A stretch of DNA of 58,771 nucleotides from Candidatus Saccharimonadales bacterium (lineage in GTDB: Bacteria > Patescibacteriota > Saccharimonadia > Saccharimonadales > EFPC-124), in the NCBI GenBank assembly GCA_035457345.1, contig DATIBT010000032.1:1-58771 (forward strand), written 5' to 3'. Shown in pieces: positions 32,363 through 40,822 of this stretch. Position 1 is the stretch's first letter. Each line of letters begins with the position of its first letter. The notes below the pieces were generated by a model. It was not told the origin of the DNA. It ran no database searches and was given only the letters and a program-made list of their open reading frames with translations. A program made the translations under genes and the position numbers.

Positions 32363-35300
32363 AAGTGATGCTCGCCTCTGGAGGCGGGGGAGCGGCAAAA
32401 GTGATTGCAAAACCACTTGGCGTGCTTTCAACGTAATATTTAAGATCTGCAGCTGCCTGGCTGCTGGGAGTAAGTTGTACTTTGGGCGCCTTGCCGAATG
32501 GCCTGGCAAAGCTTACTGTCAACGCTTTGCCAGCTGCTACATCCTGTCCAACTTTCAGAGTAATGCGGCCCGTAGTGTCATTGCCATCTAGTTGAATGGC
32601 GTGTTCGGCAGTAATGCCTGCGGCAGACTCGGCCGTTGCTTTCGGTGCTGCGCCGGCGGTGGCAACATGGCCTTGGAGGGTTATGTCGTTCTTAAAGACG
32701 ACCTTCTCCACAAATGTAACCAGGCCATAGAACAGGGCGTTACCCTGAAATTCGCTATCACCGCCCACTTTTAGACCACCACCGACGCGTAGGTCGAGGG
32801 CGACGCGACCATTACCGCTCGCATCGAAGCTAAATGCTTCTTTACCTTCATTGGTAAGGCCAAGAACTTTGCCAGCCGGCGAGAGTTTAAGGCTGATATC
32901 ACCGCCATCTGCCGACTCAATAGAATGAGTAGCTAACGTATCAGTTGTCACCTGGGGTGCGGTAATTTCGAGGCCCGCAACTATGCGGTCAGTGAACACC
33001 TCAGAAAGATCTTGTTCGGTTTTAAGGGCTTCTTTTTCACTCATTAAATAGGCGAGAAGGGAAGTGCTGAGGGTATCGCCAGTAACCCCTGAAGTGCCGC
33101 CAAGGGCAACATTAGTTTTCACAAACACAACCGTCATACCTTGGCCAGGCCCATCGAAAGCCGCCATAGCCTGGCCAATAATTTGTCCGGCTTTGGTCGC
33201 TTTCATAGCAACACCAGGCGTAGAGGAAGGGGCGAGTAAGTCACCGGCCTTGATTGGTCCATTCTCTACGGACACAGCAACAGGGGTGCGTCCAGCCAGC
33301 ACAACGGGCGCCGATTTTACATTCTTATCTTCAACCGCTCCAATGACTAACCCTGGCGTAGTTGTAATAATGCCGACCGCCTGTGAATCATATGCTTTAG
33401 TACACTTCTTAACGCCCGCCTGCAAGGTTGCGTCGAGGCACACGACATCACCGGGCTGCAGGTCTTCTTTCGTACCGTACACTTCCGCAAGATCCGCCCC
33501 GGAACCGCGTACCGTCCAAACACGTACCTCGCCGCGCGCTCCAGCGCCACCAGCGCCACCCACCGTACTGCCAGTGTGGGCTGCGCCACCGCCACCGCCA
33601 CCACCACCAGGTGTGCCCCCCGTACCGCCAGCGCCACCTGCACCGCTTGCGTTACTCGCACCGCCACCGCCACCGGAACCGCCCGCCGAATTACCTACAT
33701 TACCCGCGCCGCCGGCGCCACCCGAACCAGTACCGGCCGCACCGCCGTTAATAGCGCCGCCATTTGTCGCGCCGCCGGCGCCACCTGTTCGAACGGTACA
33801 TGTAGTGACGGCACAGCTCCCGCCGCCGCCACCAGCGCCGCCGCCGCGAGCACTGGCACCGCCAGCACCACTGTTGGCACCGCCAGCAGTCGTAGAAGGT
33901 GCACCGCCACCGCCGCCAAAGTTCGCCTGGCCTCCCGCCACAGTACCGGTACCGGCCGTGCCACCGCTACCGCCGCCAAAACCAGAGTTGGCAAGTGCAC
34001 TAGAAGCCGCCGCATGCAGCGGGTTCCCGCCGCCACCAAATGTGGCAGAGCTGGCGTTACTACCGGCGCTCTGACTACCGCCACCGCCGCCACCGCCATT
34101 ACCAGCTGCGCCTGCGCCTGCGCCAAAACCGCCGCCAAAAGCTCGCAAATACACAGTACCGCCGCAACTCGCGGCCGTAGTGAAACAGCTGTTCCCACCA
34201 GCGCCACCATTACCGCCCACAGCGTTATTGCCAGCGGTCCCAGCAGTGCCACCACTGCCAATGGTTACTTCTGCCGAACTACCGATATTCGCCGCTAAAA
34301 ACGTATTTGTCACAAAAGCGCCGCCACCGCCGCCACCGCCGCCCGTACGGGCTGCGGCATTCGAGCCGCCCGCGCCGCCACCACCGCCGGCGCCGCCGCC
34401 CCACATGTCAACAATGATAAGGGCAGCATCGTTCGGCTTAGTGTAGGTACCGCTAGTGGTGAACGTTTCATACTTGTCGCCCGCACCTATGTCAGAGACG
34501 ACACCATTGACACATTTCTTAAGCTTCGTCTCTGAAAGATCGGCAAAAATGCTGTAATTACCAGAGGAACAAGTAGGGTTAGTGTCGGATTCGGTGAACT
34601 CGATACCTTGGTTTGATGTTGTGATACTACTAGCAAAGGTAGTTGCGTCTTGCACGTCTAGTATATCGGCACCGTCTATAACAATGTCATTGCCCGCACC
34701 GCTCGAAGCAACAGTCAAGGCACCCGCAGCCGTTATGCCACCAAGATCAGTAATATTATTACCGTTGAAATCAAGTGCTGTCGAAGAAAAACCGTATTCA
34801 TCACTACCATTCACCTGAACGTTAACGTTCTTGCCCGTCAGCACATTTAATGAAAGATCGCCGGCATTGTCCCTGAATATGGCAACGTCAGTACTTGCCG
34901 GAACGCCGGTGCTTTCGCGGAAAAGGATGTTACTGAGATCAGCCACATCAAAGCCATCGGCATCTATATCTTGCGTCCAGGGCGTCTGCGACCCGCCTCC
35001 ACCGGCCGATGCGCACGTACCGCCAGTAATTATCCCGCCAGTGACTACCTGATTTTGCAAGAACTGTCCGCCAGAGCACGTTGTTGTAGCACCAGAGACG
35101 CCGCCAACCTGATAGCCACCATCTACATTAATAAACGCGGAACCGGCGCCGGTGTTAGTAACGCTAAGGAGGGTGTTTGAGCCGTCTATCAAGTTAAGGG
35201 TTGTCGTGCCGGCTGCAGTACGCTGGATAGTAGCACTATTAATGGTGACTGAGTTACCTTGTAGCGTCAGCGAGCTTGAAGCATTCGTTGAACCAACAGT

Positions 35301-37229
35301 CACCGACTGTGCCGAGCCACTCGCCGTACCAATTTGTATGCTGTGAGCAGTATTGCCATTACCGATGGCAATACTGCCAGCCCCCGTACCCGCCTCAAGC
35401 GTTACTGTATTTGCCGAGTTACCGCTGCCACCAATAGTAATAGCCTGTGTACCAGTAGCACCCGTGTTGCCAATACCGATAGTGTGCGCAGCGTTGTTGG
35501 TGCCAATGTTTATAACGGTGCCGCCACCATTACCCAAATTTAAGTTGGTGGCAGCCTGCACCGAAAGATCACCCGAATCTGTGCTCCATGTACTTGTGGC
35601 GTGCGCAGTAATAGTTAATGCCTGACTGGTCGCAGGTTGAATAACGGCGGTGCTTGCGTTACTAAAGGTAAGGGCGCTTGAGCTAAATGTATTGCCGCTT
35701 ATAGTAGTTGCTGTTAGATTACCAGTTACCGCCGCGCCGCTCGAAGTGACCGACAAACGCGTTGTGCCCGAAACATTCAAGCCAATATTTCCCGAACCGC
35801 TCTGCAGCGTTGTCGCGCTAGCCAGCGCTGTTGATCCGATAGTCACAAGGTTAGAGCCACTCCCGGTAGGGGTGCCAGTACCGATATTAATTGTCTTACC
35901 GCCGGCCGCAGTAGTGTTACCAGTGCCAATGTTTAGAGTGTCCACCGCCGTCGAATCACCGGTGAATAAGTTGAACGTGCGAGCGGCATCCGCAACAATG
36001 TTACCTATATCAACTTGGTTAACACGGTCATAATTAGCAATCTTGAGCGTTGCTGTACCATTGCTCCCTGCGCCGCCAGACAACAAGTTAACGTTGAGGG
36101 TACTGGCCGAACTCTGGCCACTCGCGGCGCTTGCAATATTAACGGTTTGAGTGTTGGTGCTGCTTGGCGCCGTATTTGCTAGGGAGAGGGTAAAGCTGCC
36201 GTTTGAACGACCAATAGTAATTGCAGAACCACCGGTTGTGGCGCCAATATTCACGGCGGCGCTGTTACTCGTAGCGATATTCACTGCGCCGTTAGACGAG
36301 GCGCCAGTGCCGGCATCTATATTTACATCGCCGCCGGTCCGCGAGCCTGAGCCCCCAGTCGCCGCGCCACCCTGTATAACGATCGCCCCGCCCACGACAG
36401 TAGTCGTGCCACTGCCGTCACCGCCCTTCAAAGTAAGAGCTGCACCATTAGACGAAGCGCCAGACGACGTGCCCGGCTGAAACGTCAAGGCCGCGGCAGT
36501 GGTTGTGTCGGCCGTTGTTATATCTTTTGTCAGCCCGCCCGCCAAGGTCACCAAACCGTCATTGCCTACAACTACCACATTTGCGCCGTTCTTTTGGAGT
36601 TGTAAAATGTTGCCGCTCGCGCCTGTCTTGTTTAAAAAGAGCGTGCTGAGCGTGCTGCTATCAGTTTGCACCGCAGTGGGGGCAACTTGTACGAACCTAC
36701 TCCAGTCTAGGCCGCCCAGCTGTTTGGCATTTAAAGCGTACGGAGTTGCAGCCAGCCGACGGAAGGGTAGCATTTCACCATCCCAGCTTGGCGTCCCTGT
36801 ACCGCCAATATTGAGTGACAGCCACAAGGTATCCTGATTCCAATCGACATTTGTACTAAATGGCGTCACCGAACCCAGCTGGACAGAAAAATATCCGTTG
36901 GTGACGGTCACCTTGCTAGAGCCGGTGCGTGTTTCTGTCCATTTAAGCGTGCCACCGCAAGGCGAGGAGCCGCCCGCTTCACAGCCAGTACCATCTTGGT
37001 AGATTTTAAATTCCATGTTGTAGGTGCCATCGGGCACCAACGCGCCTGTACTGTCGAGTAAGCGCGCCTGGTAGTTTACCTGCTCGTTAACCCCCGTCGT
37101 AGCACTCGCTGGCATGGTCGAAAACGAAATGCTTAACAAACTTACAATTCCCCATAAAGCAAAAAGGCCGCCTATGCGGCCGCGCTGAGCAATATATTTG
37201 CCAAATTTAGTAAGTATCACGCCTCTCAT
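32340..37229 (-). CDS. giant secreted fibre/adhesin-like surface protein with internal poly-glycine domain
   Basis: 1629 aa. Signal peptide 'LFALWGIVSLLSISFSTMPASA', about 700 aa of T/S/G/N/A-rich imperfect repeats, a Gly-rich block of about 320 aa, and a globular C-terminal region. No LPXTG or C-terminal TM. Confidence 0.9.
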   Translation of the reverse strand: MRGVILTKFGKYIAQRGRIGGLFALWGIVSLLSISFSTMPASATTGVNEQVNYQARLLDSTGALVPDGTYNMEFKIYQDGTGCEAGGSSPCGGTLKWTETRTGSSKVTVTNGYFSVQLGSVTPFSTNVDWNQDTLWLSLNIGGTGTPSWDGEMLPFRRLAATPYALNAKQLGGLDWSRFVQVAPTAVQTDSSTLSTLFLNKTGASGNILQLQKNGANVVVVGNDGLVTLAGGLTKDITTADTTTAAALTFQPGTSSGASSNGAALTLKGGDGSGTTTVVGGAIVIQGGAATGGSGSRTGGDVNIDAGTGASSNGAVNIATSNSAAVNIGATTGGSAITIGRSNGSFTLSLANTAPSSTNTQTVNIASAASGQSSASTLNVNLLSGGAGSNGTATLKIANYDRVNQVDIGNIVADAARTFNLFTGDSTAVDTLNIGTGNTTAAGGKTINIGTGTPTGSGSNLVTIGSTALASATTLQSGSGNIGLNVSGTTRLSVTSSGAAVTGNLTATTISGNTFSSSALTFSNASTAVIQPATSQALTITAHATSTWSTDSGDLSVQAATNLNLGNGGGTVINIGTNNAAHTIGIGNTGATGTQAITIGGSGNSANTVTLEAGTGAGSIAIGNGNTAHSIQIGTASGSAQSVTVGSTNASSSLTLQGNSVTINSATIQRTAAGTTTLNLIDGSNTLLSVTNTGAGSAFINVDGGYQVGGVSGATTTCSGGQFLQNQVVTGGIITGGTCASAGGGGSQTPWTQDIDADGFDVADLSNILFRESTGVPASTDVAIFRDNAGDLSLNVLTGKNVNVQVNGSDEYGFSSTALDFNGNNITDLGGITAAGALTVASSGAGNDIVIDGADILDVQDATTFASSITTSNQGIEFTESDTNPTCSSGNYSIFADLSETKLKKCVNGVVSDIGAGDKYETFTTSGTYTKPNDAALIIVDMWGGGAGGGGGAGGSNAAARTGGGGGGGGAFVTNTFLAANIGSSAEVTIGSGGTAGTAGNNAVGGNGGAGGNSCFTTAASCGGTVYLRAFGGGFGAGAGAAGNGGGGGGGSQSAGSNASSATFGGGGNPLHAAASSALANSGFGGGSGGTAGTGTVAGGQANFGGGGGAPSTTAGGANSGAGGASARGGGAGGGGGSCAVTTCTVRTGGAGGATNGGAINGGAAGTGSGGAGGAGNVGNSAGGSGGGGGASNASGAGGAGGTGGTPGGGGGGGGAAHTGSTVGGAGGAGARGEVRVWTVRGSGADLAEVYGTKEDLQPGDVVCLDATLQAGVKKCTKAYDSQAVGIITTTPGLVIGAVEDKNVKSAPVVLAGRTPVAVSVENGPIKAGDLLAPSSTPGVAMKATKAGQIIGQAMAAFDGPGQGMTVVFVKTNVALGGTSGVTGDTLSTSLLAYLMSEKEALKTEQDLSEVFTDRIVAGLEITAPQVTTDTLATHSIESADGGDISLKLSPAGKVLGLTNEGKEAFSFDASGNGRVALDLRVGGGLKVGGDSEFQGNALFYGLVTFVEKVVFKNDITLQGHVATAGAAPKATAESAAGITAEHAIQLDGNDTTGRITLKVGQDVAAGKALTVSFARPFGKAPKVQLTPSSQAAADLKYYVESTPSGFAITFAAPPPPEASITFNYWVVE
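33520..34490 (-). repeat. low-complexity GGN-codon tract encoding the poly-glycine domain
   Basis: The + strand reads as runs of GCCACC/GCCGCC/ACCGCC. It encodes 'WGGGAGGGGGAGG...GGGGGGGGAAHTG' and generates a 336-aa Pro-rich shadow ORF on the opposite strand. Confidence 0.85.
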
Positions 37230-37293
37230 TGTTTGCTTTTACGCTTATGGTTTAAGTATACAGGCAAGTGGCTTCGAGGCAATGGGGTAATGG

Positions 37294-38184
37294 CTATTTT
37301 GTCAATCGCTTTTTCCACAAAAACCATCCCACAAATGTACCGATGCCTATAGAAGGCAGTGCGATTGCTGACGTCATAAACACAAGCGCAGGCATAGAGA
37401 CGCTTGTGCGCACCTCGCCAAAGGGCGTCCTAATATTCACCGTATCTGGCGAACCGTTCACTACCACCACGAATTGCAAGAAAGCCTCGGTGCCGTCTTT
37501 GTCTGATATCTTAATCTTGATTTGATGCGTCCCAGGCTTAGTAAATAAATGTTCGGCAATAAACAGAACTGCCGTTTGACGGCTTACGAGCGATGTTTCG
37601 CCATCACCCCAATCAACGCTAACTGCATACGGCGGCGTACCACCGGCAAAGCGTATTGGCAGCCGGAACGTTTGATTAATAAACGCACTTTGTAGGGTGT
37701 AGTCATAGTCAAGTTTAAGTTCGAATTTGGCAATGCGCGGCCCAGTTGTATCCACCCCCTCTGGCTGACTGCCTTCAATAGTAGGGGCAATGGGCGGCGT
37801 ATAAAAAACAAGGAGCGGATCAGATTCCGGGCTTGGCTGATTCACTGCATCATATTGTCGGGCTATCAGCGTATTCTTACCCTCTTCTAGATCAATCTGC
37901 AATTCATAGGTGCTATCAGCAAGGCAAGTAGTAGAGCCTGCAAACACCGCATTGCGGAAGATTTTTACTATTAACCCAACCGCGCAGCCACCCTTAATAT
38001 GCATATTCTTTTCAATAGTAGTCGTGCCTGGATCGGGTGAAGTAATGGTTGGGGGAGTCGTTGGCGGCGGCGAAGGCACAACCGCATGGAGCGCCTCGGC
38101 GTACGCCGGCTGGGGCAGGCAAAAATAAGCCGTCAAACCAACAATTAAAAGACCTTTTACCCCTCGCTCCAACAACATATACAT
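37294..38184 (-). CDS. PKD-domain surface protein with C-terminal membrane anchor
   Basis: 296 aa with a signal peptide. PKD signature 'PPYAVSVDWGDGETS...GTHQIKIKISDKDG'. C-terminal TM plus 'WKKRLTK'. It sits 64 nt upstream of the giant gene on the same strand. Confidence 0.75.
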   Translation of the reverse strand: MYMLLERGVKGLLIVGLTAYFCLPQPAYAEALHAVVPSPPPTTPPTITSPDPGTTTIEKNMHIKGGCAVGLIVKIFRNAVFAGSTTCLADSTYELQIDLEEGKNTLIARQYDAVNQPSPESDPLLVFYTPPIAPTIEGSQPEGVDTTGPRIAKFELKLDYDYTLQSAFINQTFRLPIRFAGGTPPYAVSVDWGDGETSLVSRQTAVLFIAEHLFTKPGTHQIKIKISDKDGTEAFLQFVVVVNGSPDTVNIRTPFGEVRTSVSMPALVFMTSAIALPSIGIGTFVGWFLWKKRLTK

Positions 38185-38229
38185 GGTTGCATTGTAGCAT
38201 GAGCGGGATAAGTCGCTTACAATAGCGGC

Positions 38230-38982
38230 ATGGTACGGGCTGTGTTTGCCATCAATGCCGGAAAAATGATAGGTGCCATACTGCTTGCAATAGGAGTGCT
38301 ATTCGCGTATGCGCAACAGGTAGAAGCGATTAGCTCGGGCAGCTACCAAATACGCGAAGATTTTATTGGAGGAGGCGGGGGAGCAGGTGCAAGCTCTTCT
38401 AGTTATCGCGCAAACGATGCGCTTGGTGGCGCGGCTGGCGTCGGTGGTGCGAGCGGCACTATTTTCGGCTCGCAGACCGGCTCCCAAACTGCGGATGAAC
38501 CTGCGCTTTCGTTTGCCGTTACCACAGCGAGCGTTAGCCTTGGCTCGCTTTCTACCTCTTTAACACGAACCGGCACCGCCACATTTAGCGTAGCCAACTA
38601 CACAAGTTACGGTTATATTGTGCAAATGATTGGCTCACCACCGAATAACGGCACACATCCGCTCAGCGGTATGTCGTCGGCCGCCAGTTCGAGCATTGGC
38701 ACGGAGCAATTTGGCATAAATCTGGTAGCCAACACCTCGCCCTCAACCCTGGGCGCAGACCCGCAACAAATCCCGAACGGCAACTTTGGATTCGGTAGCG
38801 CCGCAAGCGGCTACAATACAGCTAACCAATATAAATACGTTGCAGGTGACACCATTGCGTCAGCGCCAAAGAGTTCCGGCCAGACAACATTTACCATCTC
38901 GTTTATTGCAAACATTGCGAATGACACGCCAGGCGGTAGCTATTCTGGCAATCAAACACTGGTAGTTACAGGTACTTATTAG
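38230..38982 (+). CDS. secreted beta-rich surface protein (WxL/CscB-C-like C-terminal domain), paralog 1
   Basis: 250 aa with a signal peptide 'AILLAIGVLFAYAQQVEA'. The C-terminal 'EQFGINL...QYKYVAGDTIAS...PGGSYSGNQTLVVTGTY' is shared with 39733..40782. Confidence 0.65.
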   Translation: MVRAVFAINAGKMIGAILLAIGVLFAYAQQVEAISSGSYQIREDFIGGGGGAGASSSSYRANDALGGAAGVGGASGTIFGSQTGSQTADEPALSFAVTTASVSLGSLSTSLTRTGTATFSVANYTSYGYIVQMIGSPPNNGTHPLSGMSSAASSSIGTEQFGINLVANTSPSTLGADPQQIPNGNFGFGSAASGYNTANQYKYVAGDTIASAPKSSGQTTFTISFIANIANDTPGGSYSGNQTLVVTGTY

Positions 38983-39067
38983 AAATCAGTAAGAAATCTT
39001 ACAAAATGCTTACGCTTTTTCTGTATGAATGCTAAACTAAACTTACTAAATAATAAGGAGGATGGTT

Positions 39068-39625
39068 ATGGGAAAAGTCATGCATCAGCGGTTGGTTAGT
39101 GGTCTTGCGTACACATTAAGTTTACTCGCACTCTTTCTTGGCGTTGCACCAGTAGGCCACGCAAATGCAGCCTCACTGTCACCGCGCAAAGTAACACTCG
39201 GCAGCTCCGCGCCAAGCGCAGTTACCACCCACAAGTTCGAGGTAACAGTCCCGACGACGGCCGATGTTGGCTCGGTACGCTTTTGGTACTGCACAACGGG
39301 TTCAGGCACCTGCACAACTCCTACGGGGCTCAGCACAACAAGCGCCACGCTCGACGCCCAGACGGGGGCTACCGGGTTCACTCTCAATAACAGCACTAAT
39401 GGCCTGCCCTATATCACACGCACAGCCGCCAGTATCAGCAGTGGCACAGCAGTCAGTTATACGTTAGGTAATGTAACCAATCCATCTACGACCAACACTA
39501 CCTTTTACATTCGCATGGCCACCTTTGCTTCGACCGACATTAGCGGTACGGCAATCGACACAGGCAATGTACTCGCCAGTACGGCAACTCCTATAGGCTA
39601 TATTGCAAAAAGATACTTAAGTTAG
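39068..39625 (+). CDS. secreted surface protein, N-domain-only paralog 2
   Basis: AAGGAGG lies 6 nt before the ATG at 39068. Signal peptide ending 'GHANA'. Residues after the signal are visibly homologous to the N-domain of 39733..40782, but the ORF stops before the C-domain. Confidence 0.65.
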   Translation: MGKVMHQRLVSGLAYTLSLLALFLGVAPVGHANAASLSPRKVTLGSSAPSAVTTHKFEVTVPTTADVGSVRFWYCTTGSGTCTTPTGLSTTSATLDAQTGATGFTLNNSTNGLPYITRTAASISSGTAVSYTLGNVTNPSTTNTTFYIRMATFASTDISGTAIDTGNVLASTATPIGYIAKRYLS

Positions 39626-39649
39626 TAAACTGTCTGTTAAATAACTCAC

Positions 39650-39706
39650 AAATTTGTTGACCGCTAAAACGTGCTTATGCTACGCTTAGGTCAACAAATT
39701 TTTATT
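39650..39706 (+). terminator. long-loop hairpin plus T-run between paralogs 2 and 3
   Basis: Perfect 13-bp stem AAATTTGTTGACC/GGTCAACAAATTT with a 26-nt loop, followed by TTTTATT. Confidence 0.55.
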
Positions 39707-39732
39707 GGGTGCGGACCCCAGAGGAGTGGTAA

Positions 39733-40782
39733 ATGACAGCGACAGTGCGACGGATAGGCTTACAAAGATTCTTGTATGGTGCCAGCATTGCGGTTGTCGC
39801 GCTACTTTCTATGCCGTTACCATCTAATGCCGCCCAACTTACCGTCCGTAAGGTGACGCTAGGATCATCTGCAGTGAGCACCTCAACCACGCATAAGTTT
39901 GACTTTACTGTGCCCACTACTGCAAGTGTAGGCTCAATTAAATTCCTATACTGTACCGCCGCATCTGGTACCTGCACAACCCCCGCAGGCCTCACCACCA
40001 CAAGCGCCACCCTGTCCGCACAGACTGGTGCTACCGGCTTTGCCATTAACGCAACGACCAATGGTTCGCCTTATATTACGCGCTCAGCTTCGAGCATCAC
40101 TGCAGCTACGGCAGTCAGCTACACGCTTAGCGGCGTTACCAACCCATCGACAGCAAATGGAACATTCTACATTCGCATTAGTACATATGCCAGTACCGAC
40201 ACGACAGGTGGCACTACAGACTCAGCCGTAGTCGCGGCAAGCACCGGCACACAAATGAATGTCTCTGCATCCGTGGACGAGACATTGACGTTCTGTACGG
40301 GCACCTCAGGCATCACCAGCAGCAGCTGCGCAGGCGCCACTGGTAACAGTATTGACCTTGGGGCGTTGACCTCATCTTCCACCGGCAGCGGCACCTCACA
40401 AATTGGCGTGTCCACAAACGCCAGTGGCGGCTATGTCATCACGGTAAACGGCAACACATTAACCTCCGGGTCAGACACCATCACGGCCCTTGCATCTCAG
40501 GCAGCATCGAGCCAGGGCAATAGCCAATTTGGTATTAATCTCCGCGACAACGCAACGCCAAACGTAGGCACTGACCCACAAGGGTCCGGTACGGCAACGC
40601 CGTCGGCAAACTATAACACTATTGACCAATATCGTTTTGTGACCGGGGACCAGATTGCAAGCAAGAACACTGCGGACAACTTCCGCCTCTTCACTGTGTC
40701 GTACATGGCCAACATAAGCGGCGCTCAACCAGCCGGATCGTACGCAACAAGCCTAACCTACATTGTCACTCCTACGTTCTAG
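39733..40782 (+). CDS. secreted two-domain surface protein, paralog 3
   Basis: 349 aa. GAGGAG RBS and a signal peptide ending 'SNA'. The N-domain resembles paralog 2; the C-domain 'SQFGINL...QYRFVTGDQIAS...PAGSYATSLTYIVTPTF' resembles paralog 1. Confidence 0.7.
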   Translation: MTATVRRIGLQRFLYGASIAVVALLSMPLPSNAAQLTVRKVTLGSSAVSTSTTHKFDFTVPTTASVGSIKFLYCTAASGTCTTPAGLTTTSATLSAQTGATGFAINATTNGSPYITRSASSITAATAVSYTLSGVTNPSTANGTFYIRISTYASTDTTGGTTDSAVVAASTGTQMNVSASVDETLTFCTGTSGITSSSCAGATGNSIDLGALTSSSTGSGTSQIGVSTNASGGYVITVNGNTLTSGSDTITALASQAASSQGNSQFGINLRDNATPNVGTDPQGSGTATPSANYNTIDQYRFVTGDQIASKNTADNFRLFTVSYMANISGAQPAGSYATSLTYIVTPTF

Positions 40783-40822
40783 CGTTCCATAACAATAGAG
40801 TTTCCTGTACAATCCTAAGTTA

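Larger units (their letters stand above)
39068..40300 (+). repeat. tandem duplication of the surface-protein N-domain
   Basis: 39150..39600 and 39830..40280 align at protein and DNA level. One example is CTGCACAACTCCTACGGGGCTCAGCACAACAAGCGCCAC versus CTGCACAACCCCCGCAGGCCTCACCACCACAAGCGCCAC. Confidence 0.75.

Noticed and set aside
33064-34446. 336-aa Pro-rich ORF and several 100-240-aa ORFs on the + strand inside the giant gene.
   Set aside because: They are the reverse complement of GGN glycine codons (NCC gives Pro/Ala/Thr). They have no RBS and no independent motif. The minus-strand 1629-aa frame is continuous.
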